From Candidatus Bathyarchaeota archaeon (GTDB lineage: Archaea; Thermoproteota; Bathyarchaeia; Bathyarchaeales; Bathycorpusculaceae), in NCBI GenBank assembly GCA_963768425.1, contig CAVYHV010000009.1, positions 214,882 through 278,881 on the forward strand: a DNA stretch of 64,000 nucleotides, in the 5' to 3' direction. Positions 63,379 through 64,000 of this stretch are shown in pieces (the first letter of the stretch is position 1; each line of letters begins with the position of its first letter). A model generated the notes under the pieces. It worked only from the letters and a program-made list of their open reading frames with translations, was not told where the DNA came from and did no database searches. A program made the translations under genes and the position numbers.

Positions 63379-63479
63379 CTCGATATTGGGAAGCTATTAA
63401 AAAGAAACTTGATTAAATATACCTTCCAACGAAATTTTGTTAAATGTTTTAAGGGCACTTTTAACGGTTTATGTAATGC

Positions 63480-64000
63480 TTAGAGGTTAAAAGTCAAATT
63501 GAAGGTCAGCCTAACGTTACGGTTCTCTTTCAGGGTGACAGCATCACCGATGCGTACAGGGACTACACAAGATCATAGTCTGGGAACAGGATATGTAAAG
63601 ATGGTCGCTAGATTGGTTCTCCGCTGAACATGCAGAAAAAAGGGTAAAGTTCCTAAATCGTGGCGTTAACGGCAACAGAGTAAAGGACCTGAAAAACAGG
63701 TGGCAGAAAGATTGCTTGAACTTGGAACCTAACATAGTGTCAATTCTTATTGGAATAAACGACATTTACGGAAGGAAATTTCTGGAAGCAGGCCAACCTC
63801 AACGAAAAGTTTTGAAGAGGATTATAGGATAATACTGGAGCAAACACGCGATATTTTAGGTGCCAAAATTGTTTTGTTAACCCCATTTTGTTTATGCATA
63901 TGTTTATGTGACTAAACCACAGTGTATACAAAAAAAAACCTTAAACAAAAAATAGATGTCGTTAAGAGGCTTTCCGAAGAATTCAAAACATTCTTGGTTC
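63480..64000 (+). pseudogene. SGNH/GDSL hydrolase, frameshifted, runs off the window
   Basis: VLFQGDSITDA, FLNRGVNGNRVKDL, SILIGIND in broken frames. Confidence 0.7.

Overview
This is an archaeal chromosomal segment, most consistent with Candidatus Bathyarchaeia. That assignment is an inference from the archaeal EF-1alpha, aIF-2beta, aIF-1A/RIO1/Dim2, uppS-DUF373-coiled-coil synteny, short PurA, and many membrane-anchored or PEF-CTERM surface proteins. Single-base frameshifts interrupt conserved genes (tuf, purA, aspartase/fumarase), so the assembly probably carries long-read indel errors and split ORFs are not automatically pseudogenes. Accessory content: a decayed stress-gene cluster, a zinc-ribbon operon, an S53 surface protease, paired pilin-like genes, a minimal Pol X, a membrane-anchored ArsR regulator plus a paralogous partner sharing a palindrome, an intact IS1182 with 4-bp TSD, and a decayed region after tRNA-Pro. 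The most unusual signals are non-coding. One is a dispersed element (about 5 copies) made of a conserved A-rich block next to a 10-bp-phased repeat array whose unit differs between copies. The other is a set of promoter-preceded intergenic hairpins, several presenting anti-Shine-Dalgarno-like loops. All calls were made by eye; no searches were run.
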